Shown: positions 42,253 to 54,036 of the stretch, piece by piece
Layout: each line of letters starts with the position of its first letter
How positions within the stretch are numbered: position 1 is the stretch's first letter
NCBI RefSeq assembly: GCF_022846255.1
Contig: NZ_AP025682.1
Strand: one strand, 5' to 3'
From: Escherichia coli
GTDB lineage: Bacteria > Pseudomonadota > Gammaproteobacteria > Enterobacterales > Enterobacteriaceae
DNA length: 64,000 nucleotides
Translations under genes and position numbers: made by a program
The notes under the pieces: generated by a model
The model's database searches: none
Told to the model about the DNA's origin: nothing
What the model saw: only the letters and a program-made list of their open reading frames with translations

Positions 42253-42280
42253 GGGGCGCTTTGTTGCGCCCATTTTTTTA
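42253..42280 (+). terminator. rho-independent terminator
   Basis: Stem GGGCGC / GCGCCC followed by ATTTTTTTA. Confidence 0.6.
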
Positions 42281-42350
42281 CACCAATTAGGTAAAGTTAT
42301 TTTTAAGTAATCGAGTAACTTGATCCTACCCACGTAATGTGGACACGGCC

Positions 42351-43205
42351 CTAAGCGAGATTATGGTTTTCAAATTGTTCCGGGCTGAGACCGCCACAGG
42401 CACTGTGACGACGCCAGCGATTGTAATCACACTCGATATAATTAAACACCGTTGCCCGCATTATTTCCCGGCTGCTAAAGCGTTCCCCGTGGATACATTC
42501 CACCTTCAGCGAATGAAAGAAGCTTTCCACACAGGCATTGTCATAACAGTAGCCTTTCGCACTCATACTGCCACGCAGGTTGTGTCGCTTCAGCAGCGCC
42601 TGATAATCCCCTGAACAGTATTGACCACCACGGTCCGTATGAACAATGACGCTTTCCGGGCGTCTTCTCCGCCACAACGCCATTTGCAGTGCATCACAGG
42701 CCAGTTGTGCTGTCATTCGCGGTGACATCGACCAGCCAATGACGGCGCGTGACCACAGGTCGATGACTACTGCGAGATACAACCAGCCCTCATCGGTACG
42801 CAAGTACGTGATGTCACCCGCCCACTTCTGGTTCGGGCCACTGGCGCTGAAGTCCTGCTCCAGCAGATTCTCCAATACGGGCAGACCATGTGCACGGTAG
42901 CTGACCGGGCTGAACTTCCGGCTGGCTTTCGCCCGCAGCCCCTGACGACGCAGGCTGGCGGCAATGGTTTTAATATTGAACTCCGGCAGTTCGTCAGCAA
43001 GGCGGGGATCACCGTATCGCTGCTTTGCCTCAAAGAATGCCTTATGGACAGCGGCATCGCAGGTGAGCCGAAACTGTTGGCGCAGGCTCATCTGGTGACG
43101 ACGCCTGAGCCAGACATACCAGCCGCTGCGGGCAACCCGAAGTACACGACACATCGCTTTGATGCTGAACTCTGCCCGATGATTTTCGATGAAGACATAC
43201 TTCAT
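42351..43205 (-). CDS. IS3 transposase OrfB
   Basis: 284-aa DDE ORF ([26 protein letters not shown]...). Confidence 0.9.
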   Translation of the reverse strand: MKYVFIENHRAEFSIKAMCRVLRVARSGWYVWLRRRHQMSLRQQFRLTCDAAVHKAFFEAKQRYGDPRLADELPEFNIKTIAASLRRQGLRAKASRKFSPVSYRAHGLPVLENLLEQDFSASGPNQKWAGDITYLRTDEGWLYLAVVIDLWSRAVIGWSMSPRMTAQLACDALQMALWRRRRPESVIVHTDRGGQYCSGDYQALLKRHNLRGSMSAKGYCYDNACVESFFHSLKVECIHGERFSSREIMRATVFNYIECDYNRWRRHSACGGLSPEQFENHNLA

Positions 43206-43501
43206 TTCAGGCGCTTCGCGAAGTATGTCGCGGCCTTTTGGAGGATGGCCAGTTCCTCAGCCTGCTCCGCCAGTTGTCGTTTAAGGCGGACATTTTCAGC
43301 GGCCAGTTCGCTTTCGCGCTCTGACGAACTCATTTGTTGCTGCTGTTTACTGCGCCAGGCATAAAGCTGAGATTCATACAGGCTGAGTTCACGGGCTGCG
43401 GCGGCCACACCGATGCGTTCAGCGAGTTTCAGGGCTTCGTTACGAAATTCAGGCGTATGTTGTTTACGGGGTTTCTTGCTGATTGATACTGGTTTTGTCA
43501 T
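43202..43501 (-). CDS. IS3 transposase OrfA
   Basis: 99-aa HTH OrfA; overlaps orfB (ATGA) for -1 frameshifting. Confidence 0.9.
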   Translation of the reverse strand: MTKPVSISKKPRKQHTPEFRNEALKLAERIGVAAAARELSLYESQLYAWRSKQQQQMSSSERESELAAENVRLKRQLAEQAEELAILQKAATYFAKRLK

Positions 43502-43833
43502 GAGTCACCTCTGGTTGAGAGTTTACTCACTTAGTCCTGTGTCCACTATTGGTGGGTAAGGTCACGGCGGGGTTAGGTGCGTGCGCTGAACAAAATGACG
43601 AAGGTAGGAATGCCAGAAAGCGTGCGTATTGCCTGACGGTAGCAACCAGCTGAAGGGATGCTTATCCCCAAACCTGATTTATTCAACAAAGCCGCTATAG
43701 CCTTACCGGAACAATCACCACCTCCCCTGGAGGTGGTCAAGAATACAGCTCTGGCGAGCCGCATACCTTTAATTACCTGCTCTGATTAGATAAATCAGAT
43801 GCAGGTACATAAGTATGCCAGCATTATATGCAA

Positions 43834-45024
43834 TTAACGTTTCCGTCCTGGAAATACAAATAGTGCAATAACGGGAGATATTACCATCAGAACAAAAACA
43901 TAGGTAAATCCAAGTGTAAATCCGCCTGTTAGATCGACCGACCAGCCAATTAACTGACTGTTTATCGTTGCCAAAATAAATGTACAAACCCAGAAGGTGG
44001 ACATTGAATAAGTAACAGTTTGAGTATTCGCATTTTTTTGTTCTTCTTTTGGAATGGAGAAGATGAATGCAAACCAGGTGGCAAAAATAGAACCCGTCAA
44101 AAACGAACAAACCAATATAACGATATCATTAGTGGCAAATAACATTGCAAAGGTTGTAATAGCCATAAAGATACTGGAAATAAATAGCCATGATTTATAA
44201 TTATACCCACGGTTTTTAAAGTACGGCCCCATCAATGCACCAAGTAAAATCCCCACCTGATTGACTGTGCCACTCAAGTGAGCACAGGAGTCAGGGGGAA
44301 GATTAGCATATTTTGCATAGTACAGAGGCAGAAATGTGAACATAAAAATCATCATGATCATTGCCCCAGCATACTGAATAATCATTCCCCAGACAATACG
44401 ATTAAACAATACATCCTTTAATACAGATATTCGCTGTTCATAACTTATAGATATATGGCTATTCTGTTGTTGCTCTTCATCCGTGAAACATATTATCCAG
44501 ACAACCCCCAATATTAACGTAATTATTCCATAGATAGCTAACAGATTACGCCACCCGTTGAACAGCAGTGATAAATAACCTGCCAATGTCAATGCAATAA
44601 TTGTACCGATAATATTTGAAGTGCAATTTATACTATTTAATGTTGACGCCATTTTGTTATCGAAAAAGCGAGCAACCGTGGGCACCAGTGATACAAGGCA
44701 AATAGCCCCCCCCAGCCCACCAAGAAAACGAATAATCAATAACAAAGTAAAGTTATTAATAAATGGAATGAGCAAGGAGCTCCCAATCATTATACATCCA
44801 AGAAAATAGGATTTTCGGGTGCCGAGCCGGGAAACAAAGACTGCAGTACAAACAGCTCCCACAATTTTAGCCCATAAAATTACATTTGACATCAATGCAG
44901 CATGTGATACATCAACATTAAAATCACTCATAATTTGTGGCATTACGGCCCCTGTCGTAGCCCAGGCGGCACCAAATACCATATAAACGGTGTAAAGAAT
45001 GAATTCAATGACCCATTTTTTCAT
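43834..45024 (-). CDS. MFS transporter
   Basis: 396-aa 12-TM ORF; SD GAGG; 4-nt overlap with upstream peptidase gene. Confidence 0.8.
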   Translation of the reverse strand: MKKWVIEFILYTVYMVFGAAWATTGAVMPQIMSDFNVDVSHAALMSNVILWAKIVGAVCTAVFVSRLGTRKSYFLGCIMIGSSLLIPFINNFTLLLIIRFLGGLGGAICLVSLVPTVARFFDNKMASTLNSINCTSNIIGTIIALTLAGYLSLLFNGWRNLLAIYGIITLILGVVWIICFTDEEQQQNSHISISYEQRISVLKDVLFNRIVWGMIIQYAGAMIMMIFMFTFLPLYYAKYANLPPDSCAHLSGTVNQVGILLGALMGPYFKNRGYNYKSWLFISSIFMAITTFAMLFATNDIVILVCSFLTGSIFATWFAFIFSIPKEEQKNANTQTVTYSMSTFWVCTFILATINSQLIGWSVDLTGGFTLGFTYVFVLMVISPVIALFVFPGRKR

Positions 45025-46274
45025 TTTTGTACCTCAGGGACACTTAGCTCAACCATTTCCAGCAGCATTTCACTGGCAAGACGCAGGGATTCCACAGGCA
45101 AAAACTCTCTGGTTGAGTGAAAATTGTGCGCCCCTGTAAATATATTAATAGTAGGCAGCCCTTTTGGGGTGATGACGCTACCATCATAACCACCGCGCAT
45201 AATCAGTGGTTTTGGTGTAATGCCAAGGTTACGCATTGCCTGTCTAACGTTATCTAAGATTGCAGGTGTTTTATCAAGCGCTGGTTTGACATTTTCATAT
45301 ATATCGGTTAACACTAATGTTATTCTTTCACTCTTCCAGCGCTGATTAATACTCTTAACAATGTTCTCGAGTACGGCTTTACGTTGTTTATATCCTGTTA
45401 ACTCAAAGTCCCGAATAGCAATATCAAGCGTGGCGCTGGCTGTATCACCATGGAGATTATGGACCCAATAATATCCTTCCCGTTTTTCAGTATGCTCAGG
45501 CCTTTCTTTTTCAGGTAATGCGGCGATAATTTCCGTTGCTATACACAACGCATTAACAAGCTTACCTTTAGCACTCATTGGATGTGCTGTAACACCACGA
45601 ACTGTAATTCGTGCACTACCTGCATACCAGTTTTCAACAACATATTCTCCAATCTCACAACAGTCGAGACAGATACCAAAATCAGAATTCAGTTCACCAA
45701 CATCAAGCGCTTTTGCCCCTCTGATACCGGTCTCCTCATCAGGCAAAAGAACAAGACGAATATCACCATGAGAAAAGGAGGGTGTATTAATCATATATTT
45801 GAGAGCTTCAACACCTGCTGCAATGGCAGCTTTGTCGTCAGCCCCCAGCAAGCTGGTGCCATCAGTTACAATAATATCCTGACCGATATAGTTGAGTAGT
45901 TCTGGATTATCCTGTGGGGATAGTTTTTCCACACTCCCTGCAAACGGTATAGCACCTCCGTTATACTTTTTCACTCGGAAAGCATGTGTATCTGTACTGT
46001 GGTCCGGAGCTGTATCAAGGTGTGCAAAGAATACGATAGAAGGTGCATCAGGAATATTAGCGGGTAAATGAATTGTGGCAATAGCATTTTCTTTTATGCT
46101 TGTTTGTACCTCTGGAACATCAGAAAATTGACTTACAACATATTCTGCCAGTTTATATTGATTTTTACAGCTTGGAAGCTCCTTGCTACCATCAACCGAT
46201 GTCGTATTTATTTTTGTGTAATATAAAAAAGTCTCAATTATTTTCTCTAAGTCAATGCGTTTTTTCATGATCAT
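45021..46274 (-). CDS. peptidase T-like M20-family metallopeptidase (tripeptidase-like)
   Basis: 417-aa ORF; M20 metal-ligand motifs (HLDTAP; GADDKAAIAAGVEAL; HGDIRLVLLPDEETGIRGA). Confidence 0.8.
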   Translation of the reverse strand: MIMKKRIDLEKIIETFLYYTKINTTSVDGSKELPSCKNQYKLAEYVVSQFSDVPEVQTSIKENAIATIHLPANIPDAPSIVFFAHLDTAPDHSTDTHAFRVKKYNGGAIPFAGSVEKLSPQDNPELLNYIGQDIIVTDGTSLLGADDKAAIAAGVEALKYMINTPSFSHGDIRLVLLPDEETGIRGAKALDVGELNSDFGICLDCCEIGEYVVENWYAGSARITVRGVTAHPMSAKGKLVNALCIATEIIAALPEKERPEHTEKREGYYWVHNLHGDTASATLDIAIRDFELTGYKQRKAVLENIVKSINQRWKSERITLVLTDIYENVKPALDKTPAILDNVRQAMRNLGITPKPLIMRGGYDGSVITPKGLPTINIFTGAHNFHSTREFLPVESLRLASEMLLEMVELSVPEVQK

Positions 46275-46294
46275 ATACCTAATTGTTTACTATC

Positions 46295-46329
46295 AATATC
46301 CTGACTATCTATATTTAGATAATATCCTG
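46295..46329. promoter_or_regulatory. two direct repeats AATATCCTG spaced 26 bp, just upstream of the peptidase start
   Basis: Seen directly at 46295-46303 and 46321-46329; a GTCAGTTCCTGAC palindrome lies ~60 bp further upstream. Confidence 0.3.
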
Positions 46330-46479
46330 CAAAAATTAGTGAGTATAGAAAAGGTCGTCAGTTCCTGACTGGTAAATGTCCCTTCGAGATTTATTAGAGT
46401 CATAATTTGCCTCATCCCAATACAAAAAACAATACGAAAGTATGAAAAAGTGTAGTGATCAACAAAATATTGCCACGTT

Positions 46480-46556
46480 TGTTTCGGTGTTATTGGAGAG
46501 GTTTTTGGTGTTTTGTCCTTACGAGCATCACGCAGTTGTTTGCCCCATCTTGTCAT
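46480..46556 (-). pseudogene. IS911-like OrfA fragment
   Basis: Encodes [26 protein letters not shown], matching an internal segment of IS911-type OrfA. Confidence 0.4.
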
Positions 46557-46719
46557 CGTGGAAAGACGACATCAATAGCTTGGTGTAACTCTGGTCAACA
46601 ACCAGTTGCACGGAGTTGCATATGAATTCAGGAGCTTTTCACTGGTGCACCTATATTGGCATATCTGAACCGCCCCGGAAATCCTGGAGACTAAACTCTC
46701 TGAGAAAGAGGCAAACAGG

Positions 46720-46785
46720 ATGACTAAAAAAACACGTTTTTCCCCCGAAGTCCGTCAACGGGCAGTTCAATGCTTTGTCGAATAA
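46720..46785 (+). pseudogene. IS3-family OrfA 5' fragment
   Basis: Encodes MTKKTRFSPEVRQRAVQ, the N-terminus of IS3-family OrfA proteins; stops after 21 codons. Confidence 0.4.
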
Positions 46786-46899
46786 ACATTTACCTGAACG
46801 ATTAACTGCAACGGCTATCCTTACCGACAATCAACGTCAATAAAAATCTGTACTGACTCGTCAGCACTGGGTTCGATCAGTAGGAACATGAATTCAAAG

Positions 46900-46990
46900 G
46901 CCACCTTGCTGAATCTCAAGACTCCTCCGATTCCAAAGATAAACCCCGTCTTAAGTTCGCTGGCCTGAAATTCGGTGACTATTGTCTATA
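46900..46990 (+). pseudogene. porin gene fragment
   Basis: Encodes EFKG...DKPRLKFAGLKFGDY, matching the conserved beta-strand 2-3 region of the intact porin (EYEFKG...[17 protein letters not shown]). Confidence 0.4.
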
Positions 46991-47191
46991 TCGGGATCAC
47001 CACGGTTGTGTGATTAATCATCGTCGATCATAAAGCGTCTATGGATGTACTGCGGCGTTCCTGCTACTGGTGATCACCCTGTGGTTGTGCAATTCCAAAC
47101 GGCTGAAGCGAGAGTAACAGACATCACGCCGCAATCGGGGGCGGCGTGTAGACGTGGTTAATTACTATCAAATATATTAATCAGGCCGATT

Positions 47192-48643
47192 CTATTTGCT
47201 TTCATTTATGGTTTCCATCATGAGCTGTTGCTGCTTTTCTTTGGACAGTCGAGCGATACCAAAGCCTGTGAACCCCCACAGCGTCGCAAAGAAAATGCCA
47301 CTCCAGCAGAGAATAGCCCACGGAAGATAGCTTAATGTAGCAACGCCAAGTGTACCTGCCATGTAGGCACCCGCGGCAGTCCAGGGCAGAATTGGTTCAA
47401 ATATGGTGGCAGAGTCTTCTACAGTCCTTGCCAGATTTTTTGGATGTAGGCCGCGCTCAATATAAGCACTTCGTAGCATTTCAATCGGAATCAGGATTGA
47501 TATCTGACCATTACAGGTCACGCTAATCATTGTTAAACCACAGGCAATAGTCGCAAGAATCATGGTTCCTGTGGAATGAACTAATTTGAGCAGATTATGG
47601 ACGATGACTTCTAAAGCGCCGCTCAAGGCTAATGTTCCTGCAAATGAAAGGGCGCAGAAACAAATAAGCAACGTACTCATCATCGAGTTCATGCCACCGC
47701 GGTTTAACAAATTACCTAATAGCGGATTAACATCTTTATCGGTAAGCATTGAAACGTTAAATCCGTCTACTGCACTTTTAACAATGTCGTGTAGTGCGAA
47801 CCCCTGAATAACGCTGGCGTTGATCATGGCTACCAGTGCCGAAACAAGCATAATTGGAATGGTTGGTTTCTTGGTAATCGAACCGTACAGGACAATGGCA
47901 ATGGGTAGCAATAACAATAAATTAAAATGATAAATTCCTTTTAATCCTTCAGTGATTAGCTGAATTTTTTCGGGAATGGTTGAGCCGCCGAGCTCGCCAT
48001 TCATCCCATAGAGCGTCATAACAAAGGCTGACAGTATCAATGAAGGAAGGGTTGTATAAAGTAAATGAGCGATGTGTTCATAGAGATCTATCTGGGCTGC
48101 CATTGCGGCTAAGTTAGTATCACCAGAAAGGGGAGACAGTTTGTCCCCGAAGTAAGCCCCTGCCACAATAGCGCCTGCAGTTGCTGCCAGATTAGCCTCC
48201 ATTCCGATAGCCACACCCATAAACGCAACACCGACGGTGCCTGCGGATCCCCAGGATGTCCCTGTGCATACAGAAACGACGGCAGTAACGAGCAGGGCCG
48301 TCACATAGATCATGGAAGGATTTATCAGAATAAGGCCGTAATAAATCATCAGCGGAATAGTACCGCCTATCATCCATGTCCCAATCAGGAGGCCCACGCT
48401 GATCAAAATTAGCAGAGCAGGCATTGTTTTAGCGATTTTCTGCGATATTGATTCAAGGATTGCATTGTAGCCATACCCCAACCGCTTAACTAACAGTGCA
48501 GCAATGACGGTTGAAAGAACCATTAATGGCTCAGGTGGCAGATCGAATGCCGCATAACCAAATCCCAGCAATAGTATCATCGCTAGTATTGGTAATAATG
48601 ATTCCACCAGAGTTGGGGATCTTGGAGTATTGTTATTATTCAT
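47192..48643 (-). CDS. NhaC-family transporter
   Basis: ~484-aa polytopic ORF (ATG 48643, SD AGGAG inside the upstream gene's 3' end); NhaC-type pattern. Confidence 0.75.
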   Translation of the reverse strand: MNNNNTPRSPTLVESLLPILAMILLLGFGYAAFDLPPEPLMVLSTVIAALLVKRLGYGYNAILESISQKIAKTMPALLILISVGLLIGTWMIGGTIPLMIYYGLILINPSMIYVTALLVTAVVSVCTGTSWGSAGTVGVAFMGVAIGMEANLAATAGAIVAGAYFGDKLSPLSGDTNLAAMAAQIDLYEHIAHLLYTTLPSLILSAFVMTLYGMNGELGGSTIPEKIQLITEGLKGIYHFNLLLLLPIAIVLYGSITKKPTIPIMLVSALVAMINASVIQGFALHDIVKSAVDGFNVSMLTDKDVNPLLGNLLNRGGMNSMMSTLLICFCALSFAGTLALSGALEVIVHNLLKLVHSTGTMILATIACGLTMISVTCNGQISILIPIEMLRSAYIERGLHPKNLARTVEDSATIFEPILPWTAAGAYMAGTLGVATLSYLPWAILCWSGIFFATLWGFTGFGIARLSKEKQQQLMMETINESK

Positions 48644-49814
48644 GAAGGGAAACTCCTGTAGTGAAGGGGATGCTCTGATAAATCCGTTCAAATGCTTGTG
48701 TAAGATTGCTTCTCGGCGTGGCTATGTTCACACGGAAAAAACCAAGTCCTTCATCGCCAAAATCTGATCCCCAGCTCATCTCAACACCTGCGAGCGAGAC
48801 AAACCAATGGCGTAGTTGCTCTTCGCTGATGTTCATTGCCCGGTAGTCGATCCACAACATGTAAGTTCCGCCACCAGAGGCGACAAACCAGTCTGGAAAA
48901 TGAGCTTGGCAGAATGATTGAACCCAGCTCCTGTTTTCGACCAAATAATCTTTTAATGCTGCTAACCAAGAATCGCCATGGCGGTAAGCACAGAGAAATG
49001 CAGGAACAGAGAAATAACCAGGATTATGGATACCTGCTGCAATAAGAGCTAATTTAAACTGTTCACGATATTTATCGTTAGCAATAACAATATTTGCGAT
49101 TTCAAGTCCGGCCATATTAAAAGTTTTTGCTGGAGATGTACAAATAAACGAGTTTTGTGCAACGTATGAGCTTATAGAAGAAATTGTTTGATGTTGTTTT
49201 TGGGTGAAGTTGAAGTCTGCATGAACATCATCAGAAATAATAAAAATATTATATTTTTCTGCTAATGAAGCTATTTTCCTTAGATTGTCTTCTGACCAGA
49301 TTGTTCCTGTTGGATTATGCGGCGATATTAGAATGAAACAACAAGCCATTTTAAACTTATCTTCGAGATCCGCAAAGTCTATTTCATAGTGGTGGTCACG
49401 ATAAAGTAACGCACTTTCCAGCAATACTCGATGGTTGACTTCAACTGCATGACTAATAGGATGATAGGCTGGTGTCAGGCTGACAATAGCATCTCCCGGT
49501 TGGGTAAAGTTCTGGATAAATAATGAGACGGCCTGTACTACCCGTGGGCAAAAAACAATGTGTTCAGGGTTGACCTTCCACGAGTAATGGCGTTGATACC
49601 ACTGTGCTGCCACTTGCTGCCAGTCATCACTTAATAATGTATAACCGTAGATACCTTTCTGATTTGCGACAGATAATTCAGAAACTATAAAATCAGCTAC
49701 AGGAATATCCATATCAGCTACAGACAGGGGAATGATGTCACGCCCCTTGTTATTATATTTAGCGCTATAGGTTCCGTCGCGTGAAATAACTTTATCAAAA
49801 TTATAAACTTTCAT
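48636..49814 (-). CDS. PLP-dependent C-S lyase (MalY/PatB cystathionine beta-lyase family)
   Basis: ~392-aa ORF from ATG 49814 (MKVYNFDKVISRDGTYSAKY...); aminotransferase class I/II fold pattern; 2-nt gap to NhaC start. Confidence 0.8.
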   Translation of the reverse strand: MKVYNFDKVISRDGTYSAKYNNKGRDIIPLSVADMDIPVADFIVSELSVANQKGIYGYTLLSDDWQQVAAQWYQRHYSWKVNPEHIVFCPRVVQAVSLFIQNFTQPGDAIVSLTPAYHPISHAVEVNHRVLLESALLYRDHHYEIDFADLEDKFKMACCFILISPHNPTGTIWSEDNLRKIASLAEKYNIFIISDDVHADFNFTQKQHQTISSISSYVAQNSFICTSPAKTFNMAGLEIANIVIANDKYREQFKLALIAAGIHNPGYFSVPAFLCAYRHGDSWLAALKDYLVENRSWVQSFCQAHFPDWFVASGGGTYMLWIDYRAMNISEEQLRHWFVSLAGVEMSWGSDFGDEGLGFFRVNIATPRSNLTQAFERIYQSIPFTTGVSLHE

Positions 49815-49913
49815 ATTTGTTACTCGCCCGGTTTTATCGTTAGGGTAATGTAATATTTCGAGGGAGGAAGTGTTATTCTGTATTTTGTTTTCGTTATTAT
49901 GAAAATTTGCATA

Positions 49914-49929
49914 TGTGATGTTTATCACA
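49914..49929. promoter_or_regulatory. consensus CRP site TGTGA-N6-TCACA
   Basis: TGTGATGTTTATCACA seen directly, ~100 bp upstream of the C-S lyase start on the minus strand (class I position). Confidence 0.5.
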
Positions 49930-50285
49930 AAGATGTTAACTATCTGTCAATAAAAAGACTCCAGCAAATGTAAACGTTTTACATCGCTTAAGCCTATGGA
50001 ATTTACATAAAAAAAGGGCGTGCCGAGTCTTTCGACCCAATCATTATCTCGGTAACTCCATTCACAAGAGCAGGAAATAACCTCTTCAACAAATAACAGA
50101 CTGATGCCTGCGAGCGCGCTCCCCAGGTTTCTGGGCTGAAAGTACCGCCGCACTCGTTTAACGCGGAACAGTCTGTGTTGGCGGTTTAATGGTGGATGTT
50201 GCTGTAGACCACAACTGATGAGGCAACGGAGTTTACCGTGATGATTCCTATTTATCATTTTCTGGTCAGTGCCGCGATTCTGGTA

Positions 50286-51515
<1,230 letters not shown>

Positions 51516-52049
51516 TCAGGTGGCCAAACTTACTGTGCCACTACAAATGTATACGAATTGTCATATTCAGACATTTGGGACTTAGATTAGTTGATAGGCA
51601 AAGTATTATAAATCATATTATACTTGTCTGCTTATACGTTGTTGTAAGTATAACATTACTCTATAAGGCGTTCTGACGCTAGGCGCGTTTTTTTATGTTT
51701 ACCCATATTTGGGTAAGAATTATTGTCGATAATTTTATTTTCCCATTTATATAATACTGTACGGCCGACGCCAATGCTCCAGGTGATGTCACTGGCTGAT
51801 CTCGTCGTGTACAAGCACCATGACAGCCCGATGTATCGTTTCTGGTTCAAAGAGAGCATCACGCTTGGTCTTACTGTTAAATATACGCTGTTTGTCGGAA
51901 TAAGGTTCATTAATTCAGCATGTGAGTGCATTATTATAAGGATAATCCAGAGTTCTGCTGGTAAATACCAAGCAGTTGCGATGGTTAAAATAATGCTCAA
52001 CTCTACACTATTTGCAAAGCAGATAGTGTGCTAAGCAAAATAAAAAACA

Positions 52050-53270
52050 TTAATCCATTCTGCCTCTTTCTTTTCCTGATAATGCAATAATAGAAGTCAG
52101 ACCTGACAAAATAATGATAAAAGATATTAATGCTAAAAGGATCCATGATTGAGACCAATTGCGAAAATACTCATAAATATATCCCATAAAGATAGGTCCA
52201 AGAGAAGCTAATGTATAACCAATACCCTGAACAATAACAGATATTCGCTTGTTATCGTCCAGGTTTGTGGATAATTTCATTATTAGAGTGAAAATTACAA
52301 CAAATCCGCCTCCTTGTGCTATCCCACCAGTAAAGCTCCAAATTATCCAAAAAGTGGGAAAAATTAATATCAGAGAAATAGAGACTATCCAACATCCACC
52401 CATAACAACCAGCAGATATTCATATTTAATATAACGTCCTAGTGCTGGGATAATCAGTGCTCCAGACAGGGCCAACCCCTGAAATATTGAGGCAATGACA
52501 CCAGCGCCTGAAGCGCTGATACCACTTACTGACATTAAATATGCTGGTAACCATGCAGTAATTCCGTAGTAAATGAATAAATGAGCAGCAAATCCAGCAC
52601 TCAGAGATGCAATGACGATTTTTTGCTGCACCGAAAAAAAATGCGAATATTTCTGCCGTGTTAAGGCATATCCTGGTGAGATACTGGTTACTTCTTTATT
52701 CTGTGATTGTGATATCTGCCATAGTAACAATGCCAGTACTGGTAACCATACCCAGCTAGCCAATGCAAATTGCCATCCCATTATGTGTGCAATTGGTGCT
52801 GTCATTGAACTGGTAATCATAGTTCCGATATTAAGAGAGGATGTATATATGCCCGTTACTACCCCCATTCGATGACGAAAATCGCGCCCGATGATCATTA
52901 AACTCACAATATTTCCTGTTGCCAGAGCAGCACCAAGTATAAATGTCCCAGCTAATATACCGATTTCACCAGTGTAGGGGCGCAATAAAATCCCAATACT
53001 GGCACCAATTAGCGTGATCCACATACTTTTGTTGATTCCGATTTTCGATATGACCACAGAAATGATCGGAGTTAGGGTTCCAAAACATAAGACAGGTATA
53101 CTGGTCAGCAGTCCAGTTAACGTAGCATTTAGCTTCAAATCATGCAGTAGTGGCTGTAGGACTGGAGGAACAGCTGTAAGTGGACTTCTTAGATTCATCC
53201 CCAGAACAATCAGGGCAAGCAAAAGCATTAATGTTTTGTTAACCTTAGTCAATAATTTCACGGGATTCAT
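52050..53270 (-). CDS. MFS transporter (CynX/NimT-like)
   Basis: 406-aa 12-TM ORF; divergent from a TetR gene. Confidence 0.75.
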   Translation of the reverse strand: MNPVKLLTKVNKTLMLLLALIVLGMNLRSPLTAVPPVLQPLLHDLKLNATLTGLLTSIPVLCFGTLTPIISVVISKIGINKSMWITLIGASIGILLRPYTGEIGILAGTFILGAALATGNIVSLMIIGRDFRHRMGVVTGIYTSSLNIGTMITSSMTAPIAHIMGWQFALASWVWLPVLALLLWQISQSQNKEVTSISPGYALTRQKYSHFFSVQQKIVIASLSAGFAAHLFIYYGITAWLPAYLMSVSGISASGAGVIASIFQGLALSGALIIPALGRYIKYEYLLVVMGGCWIVSISLILIFPTFWIIWSFTGGIAQGGGFVVIFTLIMKLSTNLDDNKRISVIVQGIGYTLASLGPIFMGYIYEYFRNWSQSWILLALISFIIILSGLTSIIALSGKERGRMD

Positions 53271-53307
53271 CTCACGCAGATACGATGGATAATAAGCATC
53301 CTGTTAC

Positions 53308-53331
53308 ATCAAGCTGTATACAATACTTGAT
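53308..53331. promoter_or_regulatory. palindromic candidate TetR operator (ATCAAG-C-TGTATACA-ATA-CTTGAT)
   Basis: Seen directly in the 115-bp divergent intergenic region between the MFS and TetR genes. Confidence 0.3.
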
Positions 53332-53385
53332 CAAAAATGACCCGTCAGTCAACTTTATTGTGATGAACATGAAGAAGAGGAAAGT

Positions 53386-54036
53386 ATGAGCAACCAAGAC
53401 AATGTAATGCCGGCAAGAAAAAAGCGCAGTCCTAGCCTGATGAAAACCAAAAAAACACGCGAGTCAATCATCAAAGCAGGGATGGAGGTGTTTATTGAGC
53501 ATGGCTTTGCTGACGCAAAAGTAAGCGAAATCAGCAAAAAAGCAGGAGTCGCTAAAGGGACTGTCTATAACTACTTTCAGACCAAAGAAAGCCTTTTTGA
53601 AAGTGTTTTACGAGAATTTATTGTTGCTGCACCAATGGAACTAAGATCTGAGCCTCGAAAGCATGGGGAAAGTATAAAGCAATATCTGCAGCGCGTGCTT
53701 TTACCTGTAATAAAAACTCTTGAATCATCAGGTCGTGCTCAGATTGCCAGATTAGTAATAACTGAAAGTGCCCGTTTTCCAGTATTGGCTAAAGCATATC
53801 TACAGGAAGTCCACCAGCCTCTCATTGATAGTTTGAAAATTTTATTAGAGGCTGCCTTTAAGGAAGGCGAACTCAAAAATAATAAACTAGCCCTTTATCC
53901 ACATATATTATTGTCCCCGAACTGGCTAGGTATTGTCCACAACGGAATGCTTGACCCATCAAATCCACTTAATATAGGGGAGTTATTTGAGGTTGGACTG
54001 GATCTCTTTTTTGATTCAGTTAATGAACAATTGTAG
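53386..54036 (+). CDS. TetR/AcrR-family transcriptional regulator
   Basis: 216-aa ORF; SD AGAGGA; N-terminal TetR HTH (...FADAKVSEISKKAGVAKGTVYNYFQTKESL). Confidence 0.8.
   Translation: MSNQDNVMPARKKRSPSLMKTKKTRESIIKAGMEVFIEHGFADAKVSEISKKAGVAKGTVYNYFQTKESLFESVLREFIVAAPMELRSEPRKHGESIKQYLQRVLLPVIKTLESSGRAQIARLVITESARFPVLAKAYLQEVHQPLIDSLKILLEAAFKEGELKNNKLALYPHILLSPNWLGIVHNGMLDPSNPLNIGELFEVGLDLFFDSVNEQL

Larger units (their letters stand above)
42321..43564 (-). mobile_element. IS3-like element (IS3 family, IS3 group)
   Basis: ~1244 bp; ends TGATCCTACCCACGTAATGTGGACAC... and ...GTGTCCACTATTGGTGGGTAAGGTCA; OrfA/OrfB closely match IS3 as recalled. Confidence 0.9.
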
